Assembly (NCBI GenBank): GCA_964035545.1
Contig: OZ037766.1
Span: 18,563,081 to 18,627,080, forward strand
Origin: Bugula neritina
Taxonomy: Eukaryota > Animalia > Bryozoa
Direction of reading: 5' to 3'
DNA length: 64,000 nt
Shown: piece by piece, positions 40,730 through 55,540 of the stretch
Layout of the letters: every line of letters starts with the position of its first letter
Numbering within the stretch: the stretch's first letter is position 1
Notes under the pieces: model-generated
Told to the model about the DNA's origin: nothing
The model's database searches: none
The model's input: the letters and a program-made list of their open reading frames with translations, nothing else
Made by a program: the position numbers and the translations under genes

Positions 40730-43700
40730 TTACAGTAAATTTCAGTATGTTACAGTGCATTTGCAGATATTACACTATACTTTAGTGAGTTTTACTGTCT
40801 TTCAGTATGTTGCAGTATATTTCAGTATGTTGCAGTATTTTGCAATACATATCAGTATGTTACAGCGTATTTCAGTATGTTGCAGTATATTTCAGTATGT
40901 TACAATAAATTTCAGTATGTTACAGTATATTTCCGTAAATTACTCTATACTTCAGTGAGTTGTAGTATATTTCAGTATCTTGCAGTATATCTCAGTATGT
41001 TAGAGTATATTTCAGTATGTTACTGTATTATTCAGTTTGTTACAGTAAATTTCAGTATGTTACAGTGCATTTGCAGATATTACACTACACTTCAGTGAGT
41101 TTTAGTGTCTTTCAGTATGTTGCAGTATATTTCGGTATCTTGCAACTTATTTCAATGTGTTGCAATGTAATTCAATATATTACAGTGTATTTCAGTATGT
41201 TACAGTATATTTCAGTATGTTACAGTATATTTCAGTTTGTTACAGTAAGTTTCAGTATGATACAGTGCATTTGCAGATATTACACTATACTTCAGTGAGT
41301 TTTAGTGTCTTTCATTATGTTGCAGTATATCTCAGTATGTTACAGTATATTTCAGTATGTTACAGTATATTTTAGTTTGTTACAGTAAATTTCAGTATGT
41401 TACAGTGCATTTGCAGATATTACACTATACTTCAGTGAGTTTTAGTGTCTTTCATTATGTTGCAGTATATTTCAGTATGTTGCAGTATTTTGCAATACAT
41501 TTTATTATGTTACAGTGTATTTCAGTATGTTGCAGTATATTTCAGTTTGATACAATAAATTTCAGTATGTTACAGTACATTTCCGTAAATTACACTATAC
41601 TGCAGTGACTTGTAGTATATTTCAGTATCTTGAAGTATATCTCAGTATGTTACAGTATATTTCAGTATGTTGCAGTATATTTCAGCGTGTTTGAGTATAT
41701 TTCAGTATGACACAGTGCATTTCCAGATATTACGCTATACTTCAGTGAGTTTTAGTGTCTTTCAGTATGTTGCAGTATATTTCGGTATTTTGCAACATAT
41801 TTCAATATGTTGCAATGTATTTCAATATGTTGCAGTGTATTTCAGTATGTTGCAGTATGTTGCAATGTATTTCAGTATGTTACAGTGTATTTCAGTAGGT
41901 TTCAGTATCTTGCAGTATATTTCAGCATGTTGCAGTATATTTCAGGATGTTGCAGTATATTTCAGTATGTGACTGTGTTTTGCAGTATTTTGCAGTATAT
42001 TTCAGTGTGTTACAGTATATTTCATTATGTTGCAGTAAGTTGCAGTATATTTCAGTAGTTTGCAACATATTTCAGCAGGTTACCATATATTTCGGTATGT
42101 TGCAGCATATTTCAAGGTGTTGCAGTGTATTTCAATATGTTACAGTGTATTTCAGTATGTTGCAGTATGTTCCATTATGCTGCAGTGTATTTCTGTATGT
42201 TACAGTGTATTTAAGTATGTTGCAGTACATTTCAGTATGTTACACTATACTTCAGGTAGTTGTAGTATATTTCAGTATCCTGCAGTATATCTCAGTATGT
42301 TACAGCATATTTCATTGTGTTGCAGTGTATTTCAATATGTTACAGTGTATTTCAGTATGTTGCAGTATGTTGCAGTATGCTGCAGTATGTTGCAGTGTAC
42401 TTCTGTATTTTACAGTGTATTTCAGTATGTTGCAGTATATTTCAGCATGTTACAGTATATTTCAGTATGTTGCAGTATATTTCAGTGGGTTATAGTATAT
42501 TTCAGTATGATACAGCGTATTTCGGTATGTTACAGTGTATGTCAGTATGTTGCAGTATTTTCCAATGTATTTCAGTATGTTACAGTGTATTTCAGTATGT
42601 TGCAGTATAATTCAGTATGTTACAACAAATTTCAGTATGTTACAGTACATTGCCGTAAATTACACTATACTTCAGTGAGTTGTAGTATATTTCAGTATCT
42701 TGCAGTATATCTCAGTATGTTACTGTATATTTCAGTATGTTACAGTATATTTCAGTGTGTTACAGTAAATTTCAGTATGTTACAGTGCATTTGCAGATAT
42801 TACACTATACTTTAGTGAGTTTTACTGTCTTTCAGTATGTTGCAGTATATTTCAGTATGTTGCAGTATTTTGCAATATATATCAGTATGTTACAGTGTAT
42901 TTCAGTATGTTGCAGTATATTTCAGTATGCTACAATAAATTTCAGTATGTTACAGTATATTTCCGTAAATTACTCTATACTTCAGTGAGTTGTAGTATAT
43001 TTCAGTATCTTGCAGTATATCTCAGTATGTTAGAGTATATTTCAGTATGTTACTGTATTATTCAGTTTGTTACAGTAAATTTCAGTATGTTACAGTGCAT
43101 TTGCAGATATTACACTACACTTCAGTGAGTTTTAGTGTCTTTCAGTATGTTGCAGTATATTTCGGTATCTTGCAACTTATTTCAATGTGTTGCAATGTAA
43201 TTCAATATATTACAGTGTATTTCAGTATGTTACAGTATATTTCAGTATGTTACAGTATATTTCAGTTTGTTACAGTAAGTTTCAGTATGATACAGTGCAT
43301 TTGCAGATATTACACTATACTTCAGTGAGTTTTAGTGTCTTTCATTATGTTGCAGTATATTTCAGTATGTTGCAGTATTTTGCAATACATTTTATTATGT
43401 TACAGTGTATTTCAGTATGTTGCAGTATATTTCAGTTTGATACAATAAATTTCAGTATGTTACAGTACATTTCCGTAAATTACACTATACTTCAGTGAGT
43501 TGTAGTATATTTCAGTATCTTGCAGTATATCTCAGTATGTTACAGTATATTTCAGTATGTTGCAGTATATTTCAGCGTGTTTGAGTATATTTCAGTATGA
43601 CACAGTGCATTTCCAGATATTACGCTATACTTCAGTGAGTTTTAGTGTCTTTCAGTATGTTGCAGTATATTTCGGTATTTTGCAACATATTTCAATATGT

Positions 43701-44450
43701 TGCAATGTATTTCAATATGTTGCAGTGTATTTCAGTATGTTGCAGTATGTTGCAATGTATTTCAGTATGTTACAGTGTATTTCAGTAGGTTTCAGTATCT
43801 TGCAGTATATTTCAGCATGTTGCAGTATATTTCAGGATGTTGCAGTATATTTCAGTATGTGACTGTGTTTTGCAGTATTTTGCAGTATATTTCAGTGTGT
43901 TACAGTATATTTCATTATGTTGCAGTAAGTTGCAGTATATTTCAGTAGTTTGCAACATATTTCAGCAGGTTACCATATATTTCGGTATGTTGCAGCATAT
44001 TTCAAGGTGTTGCAGTGTATTTCAATATGTTACAGTGTATTTCAGTATGTTGCAGTATGTTCCATTATGCTGCAGTGTATTTCTGTATGTTACAGTGTAT
44101 TTAAGTATGTTGCAGTACATTTCAGTATGTTACACTATACTTCAGGTAGTTGTAGTATATTTCAGTATCCTGCAGTATATCTCAGTATGTTACAGCATAT
44201 TTCATTGTGTTGCAGTGTATTTCAATATGTTACAGTGTATTTCAGTATGTTGCAGTATGTTGCAGTATGCTGCAGTATGTTGCAGTGTACTTCTGTATTT
44301 TACAGTGTAATTCAGTATGTTGCAGTATATTTCAGCATGTTACAGTATATTTCAGTATGTTGCAGTATATTTCAGTGGGTTATAGTATATTTCAGTATGA
44401 TACAGCGTATTTCGGTATGTTACAGTGTATGTCAGTATGTTGCAGTATAT
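40730..44450 (+). repeat. Imperfect tandem duplication (offset 2030, then 1890 bp)
   Basis: TACACTACAC is shared at +2030 (41081/43111). GACTGTGTTT (41971/43861), TGCAGTAAGT (42031/43921) and TGCAGTGTAC (42391/44281) are shared at +1890. Confidence 0.82.
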
Positions 44451-44459
44451 TTCAGTGTG

Positions 44460-47400
44460 TTACAGTAAATTTCAGTATGTTACAGTGCATTTGCAGATAT
44501 TACACTATACTTTAGTGAGTTTTACTGTCTTTCAGTATGTTGCAGTATATTTCAGTATGTTGCAGTATTTTGCAATATATATCAGTATGTTACAGTGTAT
44601 TTCAGTATGTTGCAGTATATTTCAGTATGCTACAATAAATTTCAGTATGTTACAGTATATTTCCGTAAATTACTCTATACTTCAGTGAGTTGTAGTATAT
44701 TTCAGTATCTTGCAGTATATCTCAGTATGTTAGAGTATATTTCAGTATGTTACAGTATTATTCAGTTTGTTACAGTAAATTTCAGTATGTTACAGTGCAT
44801 TTGCAGATATTACACTATACTTCAGTGAGTTTTAGTGTCTTTCAGTATGTTGCAGTATATTTCGGTATCTTGCAACTTATTTCAATGTGTTGCAATGTAA
44901 TTCAATATGTTACAGTGTATTTCAGTATGTTACAGTATATTTTAGTATGTTACAGTATATTTCAGTTTGTTACAGTAAGTTTCAGTATGATACAGTGCAT
45001 TTGCAGATATTACACTATACTTCAGTGAGTTTTAGTGTCTTTCATTATGTTGCAGTATATCTCAGTATGTTACAGTATATTTCAGTATGTTGCAGTATGT
45101 TCCATTATGCTGCAGTGTATTTCTGTATGTTACAGTGTATTTAAGTATGTTGCAGTACATTTCAGTATGTTACACTATACTTCAGGTAGTTGTAGTATAT
45201 TTCAGTATCCTGCAGTATATCTCAGTATGTTACAGCATATTTCATTGTGTTGCAGTGTATTTCAATATGTTACAGTGTATTTCAGTATGTTGCAGTATGT
45301 TGCAGTATGCTGCAGTATGTTGCAGTGTATTTCTGTATTTTACAGTGTATTTCAGTATGTTGCAGTATATTTCAGCATGTTACAGTATATTTCAGTATGT
45401 TGCAGTATATTTCAGTGGGTTATAGTATATTTCAGTATGATACAGCGTATTTCGGTATGTTACAGTGTATGTCAGTATGTTGCAGTATTTTCCAATGTAT
45501 TTCAGTATGTTACAGTGTATTTCAGTATGTTGCAGTATAATTCAGTATGTTACAATAAATTTCAGTATGTTACAGTACATTTCCGTAAATTACACTATAC
45601 TTCAGTGAGTTGTAGTATATTTCAGTATCTTGCAGTATATCTCAGTATGTTACAGTATATTTCAGTATCTTACAGTACATTTCCGTAAATTACACTACAC
45701 TTCAGTGAGTTGTAGTATATTTCAGTATCTTGCAGTATATCTCAGTATGTTACAGTATATTTCAGTATGTTACAGTATATTTCAGTGTGTTACAGTAAAT
45801 TTCAGTATGTTACAGTGCATTTGCAGATATTACACTATACTTTAGTGAGTTTTAGTGTCTTTCATTATGTTGCAGTATATTTCAGTATGTTGCAGTATGT
45901 TTCAGTTTGTTACAGTAAATTTCAGTATGTTACAGTGCATTTGCAGATATTACACTATACTTCAGTGAGTTTTAGTGTCTTTCATTATGTTGCAGTATAT
46001 TTCAGTATGTTGCAGTATTTTGCAATACATTTTATTATGTTACAGTGTATTTCAGTATGTTGCAGTATATTTCAGTTTGATACAATAAATTTCAGTATGT
46101 TACAGTACATTTCCGTAAATTACACTATACTTCAGTGAGTTGTAGTATATTTCAGTATCTTGCAGTATATCTCAGTATGTTACAGTATATTTCAGTATGT
46201 TGCAGTATATTTCAGCGTGTTTGAGTATATTTCAGTATGACACAGTGCATTTCCAGATATTACGCTATACTTCAGTGAGTTTTAGTGTCTTTCAGTATGT
46301 TGCAGTATATTTCGGTATTTTGCAACATATTTCAATATGTTGCAATGTATTTCAATATGTTACAGTGTATTTCAGTATGTTGCAGTATGTTGCAATGTAT
46401 TTCAGTATGTTACAGTGTATTTTAGTAGGTTTCAGTATCTTGCAGTATATTTCAGCATGTTGCAGTATATTTCAGGATGTTGCAGTATATTTCAGTATGT
46501 TACAGTGTTTTGCAGTATTTTGCAGTATGTTTCAGTGTGTTACAGTATATTTCATTATGTTGCAGTATGTTGCAGTATATTTCAGTAGTTTGCAACATAT
46601 TTCAGTAGGTTACCATATATTTCGGTATGTTGCAGCATATTTCAATGTGTTGCAGTGTATTTCAATATGTTACAGTGTATTTCAGTATGTTGCAGTGTGT
46701 TGCAGTATGATGCAGCATGTTGCAGTGTATTTCTGTATGTTACAGTGTAATTCGGAATGTTGCAGTATATTTCAGTATGTTACAGTATGTTTCAGTATGT
46801 TGCAGTATATTTCAGTGGGTTATAGTATATTTCAGTATGATACAGCGTATTTCAGTATGTTACAGTGTATTTCAGTATGTTGCAGTATTTTGCAATATAT
46901 TTCAGTATGTTACAGCGTATTTCAGTATGTTGCAGTATATTTCAGTATGTTACAATAAATTTCAGTATGTTACAGTACATTGCCGTAAATTACACTATAC
47001 TTCAGTGAGTTGTAGTATATTTCAGTATCTTGCAGTATATCTCAGTATGTTACAGTATATTTCAGTATGTTACAGTATATTTCAGTTTGTTACAGTAAAT
47101 TTCAGTATGTTACAGTGCATTTGCAGATATTACACTATACTTTAGTGAGTTTTACTGTCTTTCAGTATGTTGCAGTATATTTCAGTATGTTGCAGTATTT
47201 TGCAATATATATCAGTATGTTACAGTGTATTTCAGTATGTTGCAGTATATTTCAGTATGCTACAATAAATTTCAGTATGTTACAGTATATTTCCGTAAAT
47301 TACTCTATACTTCAGTGAGTTGTAGTATATTTCAGTATCTTGCAGTATATCTCAGTATGTTAGAGTATATTTCAGTATGTTACAGTATTATTCAGTTTGT

Positions 47401-49770
47401 TACAGTAAATTTCAGTATGTTACAGTGCATTTGCAGATATTACACTATACTTCAGTGAGTTTTAGTGTCTTTCAGTATGTTGCAGTATATTTCGGTATCT
47501 TGCAACTTATTTCAATGTGTTGCAATGTAATTCAATATGTTACAGTGTATTTCAGTATGTTACAGTATATTTCAGTATGTTACAGTATATTTCAGTTTGT
47601 TACAGTAAGTTTCAGTATGATACAGTGCATTTGCAGATATTACACTATACTTCAGTGAGTTTTAGTGTCTTTCATTATGTTGCAGTATATCTCAGTATGT
47701 TACAGTATATTTCAGTATGTTGCAGTATGTTCCATTATGCTGCAGTGTATTTCTGTATGTTACAGTGTATTTAAGTATGTTGCAGTACATTTCAGTATGT
47801 TACACTATACTTCAGGTAGTTGTAGTATATTTCAGTATCCTGCAGTATATCTCAGTATGTTACAGCATATTTCATTGTGTTGCAGTGTATTTCAATATGT
47901 TACAGTGTATTTCAGTATGTTGCAGTATGTTGCAGTATGCTGCAGTATGTTGCAGTGTATTTCTGTATTTTACAGTGTATTTCAGTATGTTGCAGTATAT
48001 TTCAGCATGTTACAGTATATTTCAGTATGTTGCAGTATATTTCAGTGGGTTATAGTATATTTCAGTATGATACAGCGTATTTCGGTATGTTACAGTGTAT
48101 GTCAGTATGTTGCAGTATTTTCCAATGTATTTCAGTATGTTACAGTGTATTTCAGTATGTTGCAGTATAATTCAGTATGTTACAATAAATTTCAGTATGT
48201 TACAGTACATTTCCGTAAATTACACTATACTTCAGTGAGTTGTAGTATATTTCAGTATCTTGCAGTATATCTCAGTATGTTACAGTATATTTCAGTATCT
48301 TACAGTACATTTCCGTAAATTACACTACACTTCAGTGAGTTGTAGTATATTTCAGTATCTTGCAGTATATCTCAGTATGTTACAGTATATTTCAGTATGT
48401 TACAGTATATTTCAGTGTGTTACAGTAAATTTCAGTATGTTACAGTGCATTTGCAGATATTACACTATACTTTAGTGAGTTTTAGTGTCTTTCATTATGT
48501 TGCAGTATATTTCAGTATGTTGCAGTATGTTTCAGTTTGTTACAGTAAATTTCAGTATGTTACAGTGCATTTGCAGATATTACACTATACTTCAGTGAGT
48601 TTTAGTGTCTTTCATTATGTTGCAGTATATTTCAGTATGTTGCAGTATTTTGCAATACATTTTATTATGTTACAGTGTATTTCAGTATGTTGCAGTATAT
48701 TTCAGTTTGATACAATAAATTTCAGTATGTTACAGTACATTTCCGTAAATTACACTATACTTCAGTGAGTTGTAGTATATTTCAGTATCTTGCAGTATAT
48801 CTCAGTATGTTACAGTATATTTCAGTATGTTGCAGTATATTTCAGCGTGTTTGAGTATATTTCAGTATGACACAGTGCATTTCCAGATATTACGCTATAC
48901 TTCAGTGAGTTTTAGTGTCTTTCAGTATGTTGCAGTATATTTCGGTATTTTGCAACATATTTCAATATGTTGCAATGTATTTCAATATGTTACAGTGTAT
49001 TTCAGTATGTTGCAGTATGTTGCAATGTATTTCAGTATGTTACAGTGTATTTCAGTAGGTTTCAGTATCTTGCAGTATATTTCAGCATGTTGCAGTATAT
49101 TTCAGGATGTTGCAGTATATTTCAGTATGTTACAGTGTTTTGCAGTATTTTGCAGTATGTTTCAGTGTGTTACAGTATATTTCATTATGTTGCAGTATGT
49201 TGCAGTATATTTCAGTAGTTTGCAACATATTTCAGTAGGTTACCATATATTTCGGTATGTTGCAGCATATTTCAATGTGTTGCAGTGTATTTCAATATGT
49301 TACAGTGTATTTCAGTATGTTGCAGTGTGTTGCAGTATGATGCAGCATGTTGCAGTGTATTTCTGTATGTTACAGTGTAATTCGGAATGTTGCAGTATAT
49401 TTCAGTATGTTACAGTATGTTTCAGTATGTTGCAGTATATTTCAGTGGGTTATAGTATATTTCAGTATGATACAGCGTATTTCAGTATGTTACAGTGTAT
49501 TTCAGTATGTTGCAGTATTTTGCAATATATTTCAGTATGTTACAGCGTATTTCAGTATGTTGCAGTATATTTCAGTATGTTACAATAAATTTCAGTATGT
49601 TACAGTACATTGCCGTAAATTACACTATACTTCAGTGAGTTGTAGTATATTTCAGTATCTTGCAGTATATCTCAGTATGTTACAGTATATTTCAGTATGT
49701 TACAGTATATTTCAGTTTGTTACAGTAAATTTCAGTATGTTACAGTGCATTTGCAGATATTACACTATAC
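44460..49770 (+). repeat. Near-perfect tandem duplication, 2 x 2630 bp (module order differs from the 3641-8910 pair)
   Basis: ORF pairs 44595/47225, 45035/47665 and 46197/48827 are all +2630. I saw only two differences by eye (44941/47571, 46421/49051). Confidence 0.88.
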
Positions 49771-52700
49771 TTCAGTGAGTTTTAGTGTCTTTCAGTATGT
49801 TGCAGTATATTTCGGTATCTTGCAACTTATTTCAATGTGTTGCAATGTAATTCAATATGTTACAGTGTATTTCAGTATGTTACAGTGTATTTCAGTATGT
49901 TGCAGTATTTTGCAATATATATCAGTATGTTACAGTGTATTTCAGTATGTTGCAGTATATTTCAGTATGTTACAATAAATTTCAGTATGTTACAGTATAT
50001 TTCCGTAAATTACACTATACTTCAGTGAGTTGTAGTATATTTCAGTATCTTGCAGTATATCTCAGTATGTTACAGTATATTTCAGTATGTTACAGTATAT
50101 TTCAGTTTGTTACAGTAAATTTCAGTATGTTACAGTGCTTTTGCAGATATTACACTATACTTCAGTGAGTTTTAGTGTCTTTCATTATGTTGCAGTATAT
50201 TTCAGTATGTTGCAGTATTTTGCAATACATTTTATTATGTTACAGTGTATTTCAGTATGTTGCAGTATATTTCAGTTTGATACAATAAATTTCAGTATGT
50301 TACAGTACATTTCCGTAAATTACACTATACTTCAGTGAGTTGTAGTATATTTCAGTATCTTGCAGTATATCTCAGTATGTTACAGTATATTTCAGTATGT
50401 TGCAGTATATTTCAGCGTGTTTGAGTATATTTCAGTATGACACAGTGCATTTCCAGATAATACGCTATACTTCAGTGAGTTTTAGTCTCTTTCAGTATGT
50501 TGCAGTATATTTCGGTATTTTGCAACATATTTCAATATGTTGCAATGTATTTCAATATGTTACAGTGTATTTCAGTATGTTGCAGTATGTTGCAATGTAT
50601 TTCAGTATGTTACAGTGTAATTCAGTAGGTTTCAGTATCTTGCAGTATATTTCAGCATGTTGCAGTATATTTCAGGATGTGGCAGTATATTTCAGTATGT
50701 TACAGTGTTTTGCAGTATTTTGCAGTATATTTCAGTGTGTTAAAGTATATTTCATTATGTTGCAGTATGTTGCAGTATATTTCAGTAGTTTGCAACATAT
50801 TTCAGTAGGTTACCATATATTTCGGTATGTTGCAGCATATTTCAAGGTGTTGCAGTGTATTTCAATATGTTACAGTGTATTTCAGTATGTTGCAGTATGT
50901 TCCATTATGCTGCAGTGTATTTCTGTATGTTACAGTGTAATTCAGGATGTTGCAGTATATTTCAGTATGTTACAGTATGTTTCAGTATGTTGCAGTATAT
51001 TTCAGTGGGTTATAGTATATTTCAGTATGATACAGCGTATTTCAGTATGTTACAGTGTATTTCAGTATGTTGCAGTATTTTGCAATATATTTCAGTATGT
51101 TACAGCGTATTTCAGTATGTTGCAGTATATTTCAGTATGTTACAATAAATTTCAGTATGTTACAGTACATTGCCGTAAATTACACTATACTTCAGTGAGT
51201 TGTAGTATATTTCAGTATCTTGCAGTATATCTCAGTATGTTACTGTATATTTCAGTATGTTACAGTAAATTTCAGTGTGTTACAGTAAATTTCAGTATGT
51301 TACAGTGCATTTGCAGATATTACACTATACTTTAGTGAGTTTTAGTGTCTTTCAGTATGTTGCAGTATATTTCGGTATCTTGCAACTTATTTCAATGTGT
51401 TGCAATGTAATTCAATATGTTACAGTGTATTTCAGTATGTTACAGTGTATTTCAGTATGTTGCAGTATTTTGCAATATATATCAGTATGTTACAGTGTAA
51501 TTCAGTATGTTGCAGTATATTTCAGTATGTTACAATAAATTTCAGTATGTTACAGTATATTTCCGTAAATCACACTATACTTCAGTGAGTTGTAGTATAT
51601 TTCAGTATCTTGCAGTATATTTCAGTATGTTACAGTATATTTTAGTTTGTTACAGTAAATTTCAGTATGTTACAGTGCATTTGCAGATATTACACTATAC
51701 TTCAGTGAGTTTTAGTGTCTTTCATTATGTTGCAGTATATTTCAGTATGTTGCAGTATTTTGCAATACATTTCATTATGTTACAGTGTATTTCAGTATGT
51801 TGCAGTATATTTCAGTTTGATACAATAAATTTCAGTATGTTACAGTACATTTCCGTAAATTACACTATACTTCAGTGAGTTGTAGTATATTTCAGTATCT
51901 TGCAGTATATCTCAGAATGTTACAGTATATTTCAGTATGTTGCAGTATATTTCAGCGTGTTTGAGTATATTTCAGTATGACACAGTGCATTTCCAGATAT
52001 TACGCTATACTTCAGTGAGTTTTAGTGTCTTTCAGTGTGTTGCAGTATATTTCGGTATTTTGCAACATATTTCAATATGTTGCAATGTATTTCAATATGT
52101 TACAGTGTATTTCAGTATGTTGCAGTATGTTGCAATGTATTTCAGTATGTTACAGTGTATTTCAGTAGGTTTCAGTATCTTGCAGTATATTTCAGCATGT
52201 TGCAGTATATTTCAGGATGTTGCAGTATATTTCAGTATGTTACAGTGTTTTGCAGTATTTTGCAGTATGTTTCAGTGTGTTACAGTATATTTCATTATGT
52301 TGCAGTATGTTGCAGTATATTTCAGTAGTTTGCAACATATTTCAGTAGGTTACCATATATTTCGGTATGTTGCAGCATATTTCAATGTGTTGCAGTGTAT
52401 TTCAATATGTTACAGTGTATTTCAGTATGTTGCAGTGTGTTGCAGTATGATGCAGCATGTTGCAGTGTATTTCTGTATGTTACAGTGTAATTCGGAATGT
52501 TGCAGTATATTTCAGTATGTTACAGTATGTTTCAGTATGTTGCAGTATATTTCAGTGGGTTATAGTATATTTCAGTATGATACAGCGTATTTCAGTATGT
52601 TACAGTGTATTTCAGTATGTTGCAGTATTTTGCAATATATTTCAGTATGTTACAGCGTATTTCAGTATGTTGCAGTATATTTCAGTATGTTACAATAAAT

Positions 52701-55540
52701 TTCAGTATGTTACAGTACATTGCCGTAAATTACACTATACTTCAGTGAGTTGTAGTATATTTCAGTATCTTGCAGTATATCTCAGTATGTTACAGTATAT
52801 TTCAGTATGTTACAGTATATTTCAGTTTGTTACAGTAAATTTCAGTATGTTACAGTGCATTTGCAGATATTACACTATACTTCAGTGAGTTTTAGTGTCT
52901 TTCAGTATGTTGCAGTATATTTCGGTATCTTGCAACTTATTTCAATGTGTTGCAATGTAATTCAATATGTTACAGTGTATTTCAGTATGTTACAGTGTAT
53001 TTCAGTATGTTGCAGTATTTTGCAATATATATCAGTATGTTACAGTGTATTTCAGTATGTTGCAGTATATTTCAGTATGTTACAATAAATTTCAGTATGT
53101 TACAGTATATTTCCGTAAATTACACTATACTTCAGTGAGTTGTAGTATATTTCAGTATCTTGCAGTATATCTCAGTATGTTACAGTATATTTCAGTATGT
53201 TACAGTATATTTCAGTTTGTTACAGTAAATTTCAGTATGTTACAGTGCTTTTGCAGATATTACACTATACTTCAGTGAGTTTTAGTGTCTTTCATTATGT
53301 TGCAGTATATTTCAGTATGTTGCAGTATTTTGCAATACATTTTATTATGTTACAGTGTATTTCAGTATGTTGCAGTATATTTCAGTTTGATACAATAAAT
53401 TTCAGTATGTTACAGTACATTTCCGTAAATTACACTATACTTCAGTGAGTTGTAGTATATTTCAGTATCTTGCAGTATATCTCAGTATGTTACAGTATAT
53501 TTCAGTATGTTGCAGTATATTTCAGCGTGTTTGAGTATATTTCAGTATGACACAGTGCATTTCCAGATATTACGCTATACTTCAGTGAGTTTTAGTCTCT
53601 TTCAGTATGTTGCAGTATATTTCGGTATTTTGCAACATATTTCAATATGTTGCAATGTATTTCAATATGTTACAGTGTATTTCAGTATGTTGCAGTATGT
53701 TGCAATGTATTTCAGTATGTTACAGTGTAATTCAGTAGGTTTCAGTATCTTGCAGTATATTTCAGCATGTTGCAGTATATTTCAGGATGTGGCAGTATAT
53801 TTCAGTATGTTACAGTGTTTTGCAGTATTTTGCAGTATATTTCAGTGTGTTAAAGTATATTTCATTATGTTGCAGTATGTTGCAGTATATTTCAGTAGTT
53901 TGCAACATATTTCAGTAGGTTACCATATATTTCGGTATGTTGCAGCATATTTCAAGGTGTTGCAGTGTATTTCAATATGTTACAGTGTATTTCAGTATGT
54001 TGCAGTATGTTCCATTATGCTGCAGTGTATTTCTGTATGTTACAGTGTAATTCAGAATGTTGCAGTATATTTCAGTATGTTACAGTATGTTTCAGTATGT
54101 TGCAGTATATTTCAGTGGGTTATAGTATATTTCAGTATGATACAGCGTATTTCAGTATGTTACAGTGTATTTCAGTATGTTGCAGTATTTTGCAATATAT
54201 TTCAGTATGTTACAGCGTATTTCAGTATGTTGCAGTATATTTCAGTATGTTACAATAAATTTCAGTATGTTACAGTACATTGCCGTAAATTACACTATAC
54301 TTCAGTGAGTTGTAGTATATTTCAGTATCTTGCAGTATATCTCAGTATGTTACTGTATATTTCAGTATGTTACAGTATATTTCAGTGTGTTACAGTAAAC
54401 TTCAGTATGTTACAGTGCATTTGCAGATATTACACTATACTTTAGTGAGTTTTAGTGTCTTTCAGTATGTTGCAGTATATTTCGGTATCTTGCAACTTAT
54501 TTCAATGTGTTGCAATGTAATTCAATATGTTACAGTGTATTTCAGTATGTTACAGTGTATTTCAGTATGTTGCAGTATTTTGCAATATATATCAGTATGT
54601 TACAGTGTAATTCAGTATGTTGCAGTATATTTCAGTATGTTACAATAAATTTCAGTATGTTACAGTATATTTCCGTAAATCACACTATACTTCAGTGAGT
54701 TGTAGTATATTTCAGTATCTTGCAGTATATTTCAGTATGTTACAGTATATTTTAGTTTGTTACAGTAAATTTCAGTATGTTACAGTGCATTTGCAGATAT
54801 TACACTATACTTCAGTGAGTTTTAGTGTCTTTCATTATGTTGCAGTATATTTCAGTATGTTGCAGTATTTTGCAATACATTTCATTATGTTACAGTGTAT
54901 TTCAGTATGTTGCAGTATATTTCAGTTTGATACAATAAATTTCAGTATGTTACAGTACATTTCCGTAAATTACACTATACTTCAGTGAGTTGTAGTATAT
55001 TTCAGTATCTTGCAGTATATCTCAGAATGTTACAGTATATTTCAGTATGTTGCAGTATATTTCAGCGTGTTTGAGTATATTTCAGTATGACACAGTGCAT
55101 TTCCAGATATTACGCTATACTTCAGTGAGTTTTAGTGTCTTTCAGTGTGTTGCAGTATATTTCGGTATTTTGCAACATATTTCAATATGTTGCAATGTAT
55201 TTCAATATGTTACAGTGTATTTCAGTATGTTGCAGTATGTTGCAATGTATTTCAGTATGTTACAGTGTATTTCAGTAGGTTTCAGTATCTTGCAGTATAT
55301 TTCAGCATGTTGCAGTATATTTCAGGATGTTGCAGTATATTTCAGTATGTTACAGTGTTTTGCAGTATTTTGCAGTATATTTCAGTGTGTTACAGTATAT
55401 TTCATTATGTTGCAGTATGTTGCAGTATATTTCAGTAGTTTGCAACATATTTCAGTAGGTTACCATATATTTCGGTATGTTGCAGCATATTTCAATGTGT
55501 TGCAGTGTATTTCAATATGTTACAGTGTATTTCAGTATGT
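48540..55540 (+). repeat. Tandem 3110-bp HOR (1570 + 1540), about 2.25 copies
   Basis: Variants shared at +3110 are TACAGTGCTT (50131/53241), GGCAGTATAT (50681/53791), CACACTATAC (51571/54681) and CTCAGAATGT (51911/55021). Confidence 0.87.
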
